Positions 17,287-26,586 of a DNA stretch of 34,302 bases are shown here, one piece after another. Positions within the stretch are counted from its first letter, which is position 1. Each line of letters starts with the position of its first letter. Below the pieces are notes generated by a model. That model was not told where the DNA came from and searched no databases. It worked only from the letters and a program-made list of their open reading frames with translations. The DNA lies in assembly GCA_046047475.1 (NCBI GenBank), contig JBJOHY010000094.1:1-34302 (forward strand). The letters run 5' to 3'. This DNA comes from Actinomycetota bacterium (GTDB lineage Bacteria > Actinomycetota > Actinomycetes > S36-B12 > UBA5976). The translations under genes and the position numbers were made by a program.

Positions 17287-18936
17287 ATGACCGAGCCAAT
17301 TTTGAAAGTTAAAGACTTCACCGTTGAGTTTTGGGTGGATGGAGTTTGGTACCCAGCTGCAGTGGAGATGAACTTTGAAGTCGTGCCAGGAAAAGTGCTG
17401 GCAATTGTTGGTGAATCTGGATCTGGTAAGTCAACTACCGGCCTTGGTCTGATGAGCCTTTTGGCAAGTAACTCGAGAAGCAACGGCAGCGTAAAAGTTA
17501 AAGGACAAGAAATGTTAGGCGCTAATTCTGCAACGCTACGAAAGTTTCGTGGCAAAGAAGTTGCCTACATCTTCCAAGAGCCAATGACCGCGCTTAATCC
17601 GGTTTACACAATTGGTTTCCAAATAATTGAGACGCTTCGAAATCACTTTGATATGTCGCCTTCACAAGCAAAGGCAAGAGCTATTGAGTTGCTGACTATG
17701 GTTGAAATTCCTGATCCGGAGCGCTCAATCAACAAGTATCCACACCAACTCTCTGGTGGGCAACGCCAGCGAGCAATGATTGCCCAATCACTTGCTTGCG
17801 ATCCAGGCTTATTGGTCGCAGATGAACCAACTACTGCACTAGATGTGACGGTTCAAGCAGAGATTTTGGACTTGATGCGAAATCTTCGAACCAAGTTAAA
17901 TTCGGCAATCGTTTTGATTACCCACGATATGGGAGTTGTGGCAGATATCGCTGACGAAATTTTGGTTATGAAGGATGGTCATACGGTTGAACACGGTTCA
18001 GCCGACCAAATCTTTAATCGACCAACTCATCCGTACACCAAGGAATTACTTGCGGCTGTTCCAAAACTTGGTCATAGTCCAAAGCGAACTCTTTCTTATA
18101 CCGAAAGGACAAAGCCTGCGCCGGTCATTAAGTTGGAAAACGTCACCATCGAGTATCCAAAACGAGGTCGGATTCCAGCTTTTCGAGCAGTAGAAGAGTT
18201 CTCACTAGAAATTTATCCAGGTGAGATTGTTGGTCTAGTTGGCGAATCTGGCTCAGGCAAAACTACCGTTGGCCGAGCAGCAATTGGCTTGCTGCCAATT
18301 AGAGAAGGTCGAATTGAAATAGTCGGCAAAGACATCAGCCGGGCAAAAAGTAAAGAACTCTTTACCATACGTCGTCACACCGGAATTGTCTTTCAGGACC
18401 CGGCAAGCTCGCTAAATCCTCGCCTTCCAATTGGTGAGAGCATCGGCGAGCCAATTTTCCTAGCTGGCGAGGCCAAAGGGGAAGAATTGGCACATCGCGT
18501 AGAGGATTTACTTGAACAAGTTGAGCTTCCTCGCAGTTACCGAAATCGCTTCCCACATGAGCTATCTGGTGGCCAGCGTCAACGAGTTGGCATTGCGCGA
18601 GCCTTAGCGCTCACGCCAGATCTACTAATTGCCGATGAACCAACTTCTGCGCTTGACGTTTCGGTTCAGGCTCGATTCCTCGACCTACTGCAGGATCTTC
18701 AAGAGAAACTGAAGTTTGCCTGCTTATTTATTAGTCATGACTTAGCGGTGGTTGATATCTTGGCTCACCGAATTGCAGTTATGCAAAACGGTAAGTTAGT
18801 TGAGGTTGGTGATCGCGATGATATTTTGCGTAACCCACAGCAGTCCTATACCCAGCGCTTAATTGCAGCAGTTCCCGTGCCCGATCCAGCCGAGCAACGA
18901 ATTCGTCGCGAAGCTAGATTGGCTGCTAAGAACTAG
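17287..18936 (+). CDS. Fused double ABC ATPase (OppD/OppF-type, two nucleotide-binding domains)
   Basis: NBD1 has GESGSGKST, LSGGQRQR and LLVADEPTTALD. NBD2 has GESGSGKTT, LSGGQRQRVGIARAL and LLIADEPTSALD. Both domains are followed by oligopeptide-type C-terminal motifs (PTHPYTKELLAAVP and PQQSYTQRLIAAVP). Confidence 0.9.
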   Translation: MTEPILKVKDFTVEFWVDGVWYPAAVEMNFEVVPGKVLAIVGESGSGKSTTGLGLMSLLASNSRSNGSVKVKGQEMLGANSATLRKFRGKEVAYIFQEPMTALNPVYTIGFQIIETLRNHFDMSPSQAKARAIELLTMVEIPDPERSINKYPHQLSGGQRQRAMIAQSLACDPGLLVADEPTTALDVTVQAEILDLMRNLRTKLNSAIVLITHDMGVVADIADEILVMKDGHTVEHGSADQIFNRPTHPYTKELLAAVPKLGHSPKRTLSYTERTKPAPVIKLENVTIEYPKRGRIPAFRAVEEFSLEIYPGEIVGLVGESGSGKTTVGRAAIGLLPIREGRIEIVGKDISRAKSKELFTIRRHTGIVFQDPASSLNPRLPIGESIGEPIFLAGEAKGEELAHRVEDLLEQVELPRSYRNRFPHELSGGQRQRVGIARALALTPDLLIADEPTSALDVSVQARFLDLLQDLQEKLKFACLFISHDLAVVDILAHRIAVMQNGKLVEVGDRDDILRNPQQSYTQRLIAAVPVPDPAEQRIRREARLAAKN

Positions 18937-20149
18937 TTTTGTTTGTCGCACCAATGCTGCGTATAAAGCGGTAGTTGGTTGCAGCAATTACGGTTGCAGC
19001 TGCGCCGCCAACAATGAATGGCATTGCCAAGCCAGTTCGAGCAATAAATCCACCGACAATCGAAGCTATGGGCATCATTCCCCACACCAGCGTCCGACGT
19101 GCGCCATGGATTCGGCCAAATAACTCGTTTGGAATCAATGTTTGATAAGTGCTCATCAATAAAATGTTCCAGATAGTTATCAGATAGCCAGTTGTAGTTG
19201 CAAGTAACGTAAATACAATTATGTTTGGTGCAAAGCCAATTGCGAAAGTGATTAATGTTGTCAGCAGCATGCTGGTCGCCATGACATTTCCTCTTGAGAA
19301 ATGCTTAGTCCACCTAGTAGTAGTGGCGGCACCTAGGAGCGCACCTATACCTTGAACTGTCAGCACTAGTCCAAAAAATGCTGGCGCCAATCCAAGTTGC
19401 TTGATCATAAACAGCGATACGACCGCATTTGATGCAGAGAAGGCAAAGCCAAGACCAGTCGTTGTCAGAACTAAACGAAATAGGTGTTTATCTTCATACA
19501 AATACTTGATTCCAAACTTAAGACTTTGGAAGAATGATTCAGCATCAGCTGCATCAGGATTTCCATGACTTAGATCACGTTTTAGCTGAACTGGTATGAA
19601 CATTACCAGAAGGGCCGCTATCAAGAATCCTAATGAAGTTGCGACGAACGGCAAAAATATTGCAGCGGCATATAGGAATCCGCTAGTTGGCGCACCAACA
19701 AAATCTGAAACTACCGTCTCAGACATCTGTAATCTTGAATTGCCAGACTCGTATTGCGACTCATCCAACAATTGCGGCACCATCGCTTGAGCTGCAGTGT
19801 CTGCAACTACTTCACATACCCCAACAACAAACGCCAACAGATACAAATACTCAATGGTCATCGCCTCATTTGCGATTATCAAAGCTGCGAAAGCGACAGC
19901 AAGAAAGCGAATAGCATTTGATCCAGCTATTGCAATCCGGCGATCCACTCGATCAACTAAGCCGCCTACTGGAATTGCAAACAATAGCCAAGGAAGCATC
20001 ACGATCGCTGAAATAATTGAGATCTTTACTGGGTCGTCAGTCAATGAAATTGCAAGTAATGGTGCTGCTGTTCGCAACAAACCATCAGCTAAATTTCCAA
20101 AAAGACTTGCCGACCAAAGTCGATTAAAGCTAGCGCCTAGAGATTTCAC
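18926..20149 (-). CDS. MFS transporter (12-TM, EntS/MFS_3-like)
   Basis: 407 aa, uniformly hydrophobic with about 12 helices. The N-terminus FNRLWSASLFGNLADG and the loop motif GGLVDRVDRR are typical of this MFS subgroup. The 3' end overlaps the convergent ATPase gene by 11 bp. Confidence 0.8.
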   Translation of the reverse strand: MKSLGASFNRLWSASLFGNLADGLLRTAAPLLAISLTDDPVKISIISAIVMLPWLLFAIPVGGLVDRVDRRIAIAGSNAIRFLAVAFAALIIANEAMTIEYLYLLAFVVGVCEVVADTAAQAMVPQLLDESQYESGNSRLQMSETVVSDFVGAPTSGFLYAAAIFLPFVATSLGFLIAALLVMFIPVQLKRDLSHGNPDAADAESFFQSLKFGIKYLYEDKHLFRLVLTTTGLGFAFSASNAVVSLFMIKQLGLAPAFFGLVLTVQGIGALLGAATTTRWTKHFSRGNVMATSMLLTTLITFAIGFAPNIIVFTLLATTTGYLITIWNILLMSTYQTLIPNELFGRIHGARRTLVWGMMPIASIVGGFIARTGLAMPFIVGGAAATVIAATNYRFIRSIGATNKTSS

Positions 20150-20173
20150 TGGGGGATCTTAGACGTTGTGCGT

Positions 20174-21829
20174 TCAGTTGCCTTGCCAAGTTGCAATTGT
20201 TGCTTCTAGAGGATCTAATCCCATTGGCCCTAATTTCAAGGCATAGTTATGGAAGCTCTTTAGGTTGAATCGGCCACCTAGTCGATTCTTTGCATCCTCC
20301 CGAGCTCGCATCCAAACCCGCTCTCCTACTTTGTAGGCGATTGCTTGGCCTGGCCAGCCTAAATATCGATCAATTTCACTCCGAGCAAAATCTTCATTAA
20401 CTAATGCCTGATCAACCAATGCTCTAAATCCAGTTTCGGCATCCCATAGCTTGCCATCTGGATTGGTATAACCCAGATGCATCCCAATATCGATCACTAC
20501 TCTGGTAGCTCTGAGCGCTTGAGCTGATAGATATCCCATTGCAAGGCCAGGATCATCAAAAGCACCTAACTCGTCCATTAATCTTTCGGCATACAGCGCC
20601 CAACCTTCGCCATGACCACTAATGAAGGTATTGCTGCGTTGGAATCGGCTTAATCGCTCTTTTTCAACCGCAACTGTGGCCACTTGAAGGTGATGCCCTG
20701 GCACTGCTTCGTGATACCAAGTAGATGCAATATGCCACCAGCCAAAAGTGGTTTTACCTAAGGTCGGATACCAAGTTGTACCAGGTCTGGAGAGATCTTC
20801 ACTAGGGCCCATGTAATAGGGAGCGGCAGCAGCACCTTGTGGGGCCAATCTGGCTTCGCAATTCTTAATTCGATCATCAATGTCAAAATAAGTACCATCG
20901 AGGCTTCGAACAGACTCCTCAATAAAACTAGACAATTTCTTTAGCAGATTCTCTTCGCCATGAATCAAATAGCGCTCATCTTGCTCTAGATGATCTGCGA
21001 CCTCACGCAAGGTTGCAGCGCCTGGCTTGATCTTTGCTGCTACCTTCCACATGCGATCATGAATTCGAGCTAAGTCTTCTAATCCCCATTCATAGGTTTG
21101 CTTTAGATTAAGTGATGCTCCAGTAAAGAATTTTGACCATAAGGCGTAGCGCTCTTCGCCAACTGCATCAGCAGGATTGGCAAGTGGTAAATATGTTGAC
21201 TTAAGCCATGCGCTAGTCTCTAAGCAGGAAGCTTCAGCTGCTTTCGCCGCTGCATGCAATTCAGTGTTCTTGCCAGTCGAATCAATCTTTGCTGCAATAT
21301 TGGTATACCCACCTTTACCAAACGTAGCTAGTTGTTCAGCAATAGCAATTACCTGTCGCTTTGCCGTCCGCTTCCCATCATGTGCTAATTCCTCAATCGC
21401 GCTAGTCCAAGAATTATGAGCTCCAGCTACGGCATGCATTCGGGCAGTAATCGCATCAATATCTGCCGCAGTTTCCTTCGGCATCAATTCGAATACTTGT
21501 CTAATCCGAGAAACAGGCGAGGCGATTACATTCCAGAGAATGTGACGCTCTCGGGAATCATGAAGTGCCAAGCTTGACCGCATCCGCTCTTCCAGAACCG
21601 CTTTTGCAATCTGATCTGGCTCATCAGTTGGCTCTAACATGCTAAGTGCACCTAAGGTGCGCTTAGTTAAATCAGCAGATTTTTGCGTACCAGCTAGTGA
21701 GAAGTCATCCAAAAGATGGTTATGACCAGAGATACCGAGGCTGGTTGCTGATATTGGGCTGAGCGCCGCCGATTGCGATACATAATCATGGCTAAGCTCG
21801 AAGATTGGCGAGCGGAATTGATTTGTCAT
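20174..21829 (-). CDS. DUF885-family protein (putative metallopeptidase-like)
   Basis: 551 aa. The motif WYHEAVPGHHLQ (HExxPGHH) and the length are characteristic of DUF885. Confidence 0.8.
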   Translation of the reverse strand: MTNQFRSPIFELSHDYVSQSAALSPISATSLGISGHNHLLDDFSLAGTQKSADLTKRTLGALSMLEPTDEPDQIAKAVLEERMRSSLALHDSRERHILWNVIASPVSRIRQVFELMPKETAADIDAITARMHAVAGAHNSWTSAIEELAHDGKRTAKRQVIAIAEQLATFGKGGYTNIAAKIDSTGKNTELHAAAKAAEASCLETSAWLKSTYLPLANPADAVGEERYALWSKFFTGASLNLKQTYEWGLEDLARIHDRMWKVAAKIKPGAATLREVADHLEQDERYLIHGEENLLKKLSSFIEESVRSLDGTYFDIDDRIKNCEARLAPQGAAAAPYYMGPSEDLSRPGTTWYPTLGKTTFGWWHIASTWYHEAVPGHHLQVATVAVEKERLSRFQRSNTFISGHGEGWALYAERLMDELGAFDDPGLAMGYLSAQALRATRVVIDIGMHLGYTNPDGKLWDAETGFRALVDQALVNEDFARSEIDRYLGWPGQAIAYKVGERVWMRAREDAKNRLGGRFNLKSFHNYALKLGPMGLDPLEATIATWQGN

Positions 21830-21888
21830 GGCTTATTCCTATCAGGTTAGGTAAGTTGAGTCGACTTATTAGCAGTTTATCTTTGTCC

Positions 21889-23037
21889 TCAACTCAAAGA
21901 TCGTGCTATTCGCTGAATTCCTTCAGTTAAGACCTCTGGATATGTTGCAAAATTGAGTCGGATGAAACTGGGATATGCCTTACCGTAATCCTGTCCTGGC
22001 ACTATTGAAACTTTACCTCGAGACAAAATCTGGTCATGCCATGATGGGTTACTTCCGTATGCCTTCAGATCTAGCCAAGCGAGGTAGCTGGATTCAGGTA
22101 TTTGATAGCCAACATTGGGCAGTTCCTGGTTGAGCAAATCATTTAAATACTTTCGATTGGAGTCTAATTGTGAAAGTGTTTGATTTAGCCAAGCATCGCC
22201 AGAATTGAATGCCGAAACCATTGCAAACGCTCCAATTATTGAAGTGCGCCAATGCACTGCTGCAGGCATTTCGTTTATTCGAATTGCTGCTGATGGTGAT
22301 CCGGGAATAATCATGGCAGCTTTTAGACCAGCGATATTCCATGCTTTACTTGCCGAAGTAATCGTGTAACCCCATTCTGCGGCATCAGGAATACTCAAGT
22401 AGGGCGTGAAGGTAAAATCTTGATACGTCAGCGCAGCATGTATTTCGTCACTTATTACCACCACGCCATACTTATTTGCCAACTCAGCGATCTGCTCTAA
22501 TTCATGCTTTCGATGCACTCGACCAACTGGATTTTGTGGATTCGATAGCAAAAAAATCTTTACGCCAGATTGAAATGCTGTTTCGATACCAGCAAGATCC
22601 AATTCCCAAGCATCTTCAGTGCGCAGCAGCGGCACATCAACTAAATTTAATTTACTCTCTTCAATCCAGGTATAGAAATTGTTATACACCGGTGAATTAA
22701 TCAATACCGAATCACCTAGGTTTGTCAAAACTCGGAATAGTTCAATTGCAGCAACCCCGACATCAACTGCAAGCGAGATGTGATCTGGATCTAAATGCCA
22801 TCCCCATCTTCGTTGCGCAAAGCCAGCAAATGCAGGTCCAAGTTCTGGGATTGGACCTAGGTAGCCCAGATCGCCTCGCTGGACCCGAGCAATAATTTCC
22901 TGCTTGATCTCATCTGCTACATCAAAATCCATTTCAGCCACATGCATGGGCAGCACTGCAGCATCGTATTTACGCCACTTTGAACTGGTGCGTTCATGTA
23001 ATCGAGAGAGTAATGCGGAATCAACTGAATGGGACAC
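21889..23037 (-). CDS. PLP-dependent aminotransferase class I/II, MalY/PatB-type (cystathionine beta-lyase-like)
   Basis: N-terminal SSKWRKYDAAVLPMHVAEMDF, the block NPQNPVGRV, and the PLP-lysine context SASKAWNIAGLK are typical of PatB/MalY. Confidence 0.8.
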   Translation of the reverse strand: MSHSVDSALLSRLHERTSSKWRKYDAAVLPMHVAEMDFDVADEIKQEIIARVQRGDLGYLGPIPELGPAFAGFAQRRWGWHLDPDHISLAVDVGVAAIELFRVLTNLGDSVLINSPVYNNFYTWIEESKLNLVDVPLLRTEDAWELDLAGIETAFQSGVKIFLLSNPQNPVGRVHRKHELEQIAELANKYGVVVISDEIHAALTYQDFTFTPYLSIPDAAEWGYTITSASKAWNIAGLKAAMIIPGSPSAAIRINEMPAAVHWRTSIIGAFAMVSAFNSGDAWLNQTLSQLDSNRKYLNDLLNQELPNVGYQIPESSYLAWLDLKAYGSNPSWHDQILSRGKVSIVPGQDYGKAYPSFIRLNFATYPEVLTEGIQRIARSLS

Positions 23038-23128
23038 TTGACTACCTCCCTGCCAATGCCTTCAGCATAGGACTTCTCCCCCTTCGGATGTCCAGTTATC
23101 TCAAAATTCAGCATCTATACTGACTGTT

Positions 23129-24196
23129 GTGAAGTCAGCCCTATTTACCCCATTTCAAATAAGAAATTTCGAGTTTCCGAACCGAGTTTGGGTTTCACCA
23201 ATGTGCCAATATTCCGCTGCAAACGGTATCGTTGGTAGTTGGCATCAAGCTCATATTGGCGCATTTGCATCAGGATCGCCGGGTTTGATTATGATGGAAG
23301 CTACTGCAGTAACTCATGACGGTCGAATCTCAATTGCATGTCCTGGCATATGGAACTCGGAACAGGCTGCAGCCTTTAAACCATTAGTTGATTTCGCCCA
23401 TTCGCAATCAGCACCGATTGGAATTCAACTTGCCCATGCCGGTCGAAAAGGTTCCACAATGCGGCCCTGGGATGACCACTTGGTTGCATCACCAGATGAA
23501 GGTGGCTGGCAGACTGTATCGGCAAGTCCGATCGCTTTTGGCAAGATGCCAACTCCGCAAGAATTATCAATAACTGAAATATCGGAATTGATTACTAGTT
23601 TCAGCGAAGCTGCTAAGCGGGCAGTCGAAGTTGGGTTTGATGTAATCGAAATACATGCTGCTCATGGCTATCTAATCCACCAATTCTATTCCCCAATTTC
23701 TAATTCAAGGACAGATGAATATGGTGGTAGTTTCGAAAATCGAATCAGATTATTGCTAGAAATAACAAAGGCAGTAAAACAAGTCATTGCAGACAAGATT
23801 CTGTTTGTCCGCATTTCCGCAACTGACTGGATGGAAAACGGATGGAGCATTGAGGACTCGGTTAAGTTAGCCAAAGAGCTTAAGGATCTAGGTGTTGATT
23901 TGATTGACGTTTCCTCTGGCGGAACTTCGCCAAATGCCAAGATTCCAGTCGCCCCCGGCTATCAAGTGCCATTCGCTGAGCAGATCAAACATGAAGCGCA
24001 AATTGCAACAAGTGCAGTTGGCTTGATTACTGAAGCAGCCCAGGCAAATTCGATCATTTCTGAGGGAAAGGCAGACGCAGTGATGTTGGCTCGAGCCATG
24101 TTGCGAAACCCAAGGTGGGCATTACAGGCGGCCGAAGAGTTAGGTGATGTAATTCCCTGGGCAGATCAATTTGCTCGGGCACGCACGCTTAGTTAA
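23129..24196 (+). CDS. NADH:flavin oxidoreductase, Old Yellow Enzyme family (YqjM/NamA-like)
   Basis: GTG start. Motifs [51 protein letters not shown] and [12 protein letters not shown]. Confidence 0.85.
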   Translation: [355 protein letters not shown]

Positions 24197-25241
24197 CTAG
24201 TGCTTCACTCATCATTTCATTGACCATTGGAACTACCTTCGTGGCATAAAGTTCGATTGACTTCATTAACTTGCTGTGCGGCAGTGGTCCGTTAGCATAT
24301 TTGAAATCAAATCGCTGAGCACCAACCGACTTGAGCGCGTGAGTAATTTTGCGAGCAACTGTCTCTGGTGTGCCAACATAAAGTGAGCCATACTTAACTT
24401 CATTTAAATACTGTTGTTTAGTTGTTGGGCCCCAGCCGCGCTCTCTACCTATTCGACCAAACATTGCTAAATAATTGGGCCAAAGCTCTTCAATTGCCTG
24501 CTCATCCGAATCACTGATGTGGCCTGGTGAATGAATTGAAATTGGCAACTGGGGTTTTCCTAATTCTGCTAATGCTCTTCGATAAAGATCAGCAAACGGG
24601 GCAAATCGCTCTGGATCGCCACCAATTATTGCCAGCGCCATTGGAATACCAAGCCGAGCAGCACGAATCACAGAATCCGGAGATCCGCCCACGCCCACGC
24701 GTAATCCAATTCGGCCTCGCTCAGTTTTTGGATAAACCTGCTGATTCGAAAGCGATGCCCTAGTTTGGCCCGACCAAGAAATTGCATTTTCGTCTAGTAA
24801 TTTAACAAGTAGCTCTAACTTTTCTTCAAACAATACGTAATAATCGTCAAGCTTGTAACCAAAAAGTGGAAATGATTCAGTGAACGAACCTCTACCTGCA
24901 GTGATTTCAACACGACCGTTAGCTAATCCATCAATAGTAGCAAATCGCTGATACACCCGAACAGGATCTTCACTTGATAACACAGTTACGCCTGAGCCCA
25001 ATACGATATTTTTGGTGACAGTAGCAATACCTGCCAGCACAGTATCTGGCGCAGAAACTGCAAAGTCGTCCCGATGATGTTCGCCTACGTTGAAATTGTC
25101 TAAACCTAATTCATCGGCTAACTTGGCTTGTGATACCACATCTCGAATAACCTGACCAGCACTTACTGGCTTGCCACTGTCATCAACGGTCATATCCCCA
25201 AAAGTATCGAGGCCAAAGCGCAAACTGTTGTTAAGTTCCAT
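24189..25241 (-). CDS. LLM-class (luciferase-like) flavin-dependent oxidoreductase
   Basis: 350 aa. LRFGLDTFGD...LGLDNFNVGEHH near the N-terminus, with the TIM-barrel LLM pattern throughout. The 3' end overlaps the convergent OYE gene by 8 bp. Confidence 0.8.
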   Translation of the reverse strand: MELNNSLRFGLDTFGDMTVDDSGKPVSAGQVIRDVVSQAKLADELGLDNFNVGEHHRDDFAVSAPDTVLAGIATVTKNIVLGSGVTVLSSEDPVRVYQRFATIDGLANGRVEITAGRGSFTESFPLFGYKLDDYYVLFEEKLELLVKLLDENAISWSGQTRASLSNQQVYPKTERGRIGLRVGVGGSPDSVIRAARLGIPMALAIIGGDPERFAPFADLYRRALAELGKPQLPISIHSPGHISDSDEQAIEELWPNYLAMFGRIGRERGWGPTTKQQYLNEVKYGSLYVGTPETVARKITHALKSVGAQRFDFKYANGPLPHSKLMKSIELYATKVVPMVNEMMSEALVN

Positions 25242-25244
25242 GAC

Positions 25245-25297
25245 AGCACCCTACCACAAGATAGTTGAATCTTCAACTAAATCTCCGGCAGGGTGCT
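25245..25297 (-). promoter_or_regulatory. Nested stem-loop in the TerC-LLM spacer that includes the putative SD of the LLM gene
   Basis: Outer 8-bp stem AGCACCCU/AGGGUGCU (25290-25297 with 25245-25252). Inner perfect palindrome TAGTTGAATCTTCAACTA (25262-25279). The 3' arm ends 3 nt before the LLM ATG. Confidence 0.35.
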
Positions 25298-25305
25298 AAC
25301 CTGGT

Positions 25306-26307
25306 CTATTCCCTAGGTGAATCCTCACTCGTTTTGCCACTAGTAACTCGACCCGCGTGAGCTCTAGCGGCTGGATCTTGCTTTGACTTAATTAAACTAG
25401 CAATTGTTGCAACCAGTAGAACTCCACCAATTACGCCGAGGCTCCAAATCGTTGGGATCTTTGGCACCCAATCATAAATTTCATGAACGAAGGTCAACAC
25501 TAGTTTCACGCCAATGAAAATCAGGATAATTGATAACCCAAGAGACAAGTAGATCAATTTGTCCAGTAGTCCCTTAAGTAAGAAATACAGCGCACGCAGT
25601 CCAAGCAATGCAAAGGCATTCACCGCAAATACCAAGAAGGGCTCCTGGGTAACTCCAAACGTTGCCGGAATTGAATCCAGCGCAAAGAGTAGGTCCGTTG
25701 CGCCGATTGCTATCATCACAATGAGCATTGGAGTGGCATAGCGAATGCCATCCTTCTTAATAATCAGCTTGGTACCGTGATACTCATCAACTGACCGTAT
25801 GCGCTTCTTGACATTTCGAATGATGAAATTCTCATTGGGATCTGGATCTTCGTCCCAATGTCGGAATAATCCAATTCCAGTCCAGATCAAGATGGCACCA
25901 AAGATAATGAACGTGAAGCTAAATGCGGCTAATGCAGCAGCACCAATAGCAATAAAAATTGCCCGCATAACTAGTGCTAATAGCACACCGATTAAAAGTA
26001 CTCGTTGATGGTAAATAGATGGCACGGCAAACTGTGCCAAAATAATCGCAAACACAAATATGTTATCAACCGACAGTGATTTCTCAACCAGGTAAGCGGC
26101 AAAATATTCGGTGCCAAACTGAGTTCCATAATTGGCAAATACCCAAATACCAAATGCAACCGCTACCGCGATATAGAAGATTGACCACAGACTCGCCTCT
26201 TTGAAGAGTACGTCATGTGGCTTACTGCTTACCGTCAATAAATCAACAATTATTAGTGCGGCGATAATGCTGATTGTCACAATCCAAACTAAGTTGGAAA
26301 CTTCCAC
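25306..26307 (-). CDS. TerC-family integral membrane protein (Alx/YkoY-like, putative Mn2+ efflux)
   Basis: 333 aa, multi-TM. Motifs EKSLSVDNIFVF and LFALDSIPA are TerC-family signatures. GTG start at 26305-07, preceded by SD AAGGAG. A yybP-ykoY-type leader lies upstream. Confidence 0.85.
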   Translation of the reverse strand: MEVSNLVWIVTISIIAALIIVDLLTVSSKPHDVLFKEASLWSIFYIAVAVAFGIWVFANYGTQFGTEYFAAYLVEKSLSVDNIFVFAIILAQFAVPSIYHQRVLLIGVLLALVMRAIFIAIGAAALAAFSFTFIIFGAILIWTGIGLFRHWDEDPDPNENFIIRNVKKRIRSVDEYHGTKLIIKKDGIRYATPMLIVMIAIGATDLLFALDSIPATFGVTQEPFLVFAVNAFALLGLRALYFLLKGLLDKLIYLSLGLSIILIFIGVKLVLTFVHEIYDWVPKIPTIWSLGVIGGVLLVATIASLIKSKQDPAARAHAGRVTSGKTSEDSPRE

Positions 26308-26339
26308 AATACTCCTTGATCAAATCGCTTGTATGTTTT

Positions 26340-26430
26340 AATCAAGGTCTCCCTAACCGGGTTTCGGCTCGCGCTCCGGGATTTAACCGTATTGACGAAG
26401 GCGCGATTCCAAGGTACTCCCCTTGCTCAG
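26340..26430 (-). promoter_or_regulatory. yybP-ykoY (manganese) riboswitch candidate in the TerC leader
   Basis: The minus-strand RNA reads CAAGGGGAGUACC...UUCGUCAAUACGG...GUUAGGGAGACCUUG. It contains three elements:
- the conserved 5' GGGGAGUA block
- an internal CGUCAAU-x-CG block (L. lactis has GUCGUCAAUUCG)
- the 3' UUAG-x-x-AGACCUU block
P1 pairing CAAGG/CCUUG is possible. The position upstream of a TerC gene is the canonical context. Confidence 0.7.
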
Positions 26431-26586
26431 GCGGCAGTTTAGCGAAGATCGTTGAATCGGCAATCGACTTGCCATGAAGCGATAACCCGCATGTAGCTAG
26501 TCTGCTCCACCGCATTGTGAAGAACATCTCACTAAATCAGTGCATTCAAGCAGGAATCCTAAGCACGCAATTATTAGACTCATTTC

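Noticed and set aside
16664-17287. Plus-strand 207-aa ORF that exactly bridges the OppC-like stop and the ATPase start. It looks like a translationally coupled operon member.
   Set aside because: Its sequence is rich in S, N, Q, H and G, has no hydrophobic core pattern and has no recognisable motif. This is what the antisense reading of a TM-rich gene produces. The minus-strand ORF has a coherent fold pattern (FRPRS, two TM helices, PH-like core). The tidy boundaries follow from stop-codon placement. I keep this as the alternative hypothesis to test.
17390-18620. Repeated sequence blocks (GGTGAATCTGG...GGTAAG and LSGGQRQR-coding segments) about 900 bp apart.
   Set aside because: They are explained by the two homologous nucleotide-binding domains of the fused ATPase. 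This is not a repeat element.
26274-26527. Two short ORFs (67 aa on plus, 61 aa on minus) in the TerC upstream region.
   Set aside because: They overlap the yybP-ykoY-like leader, and their Arg/Pro/Gly-rich sequences look non-coding.
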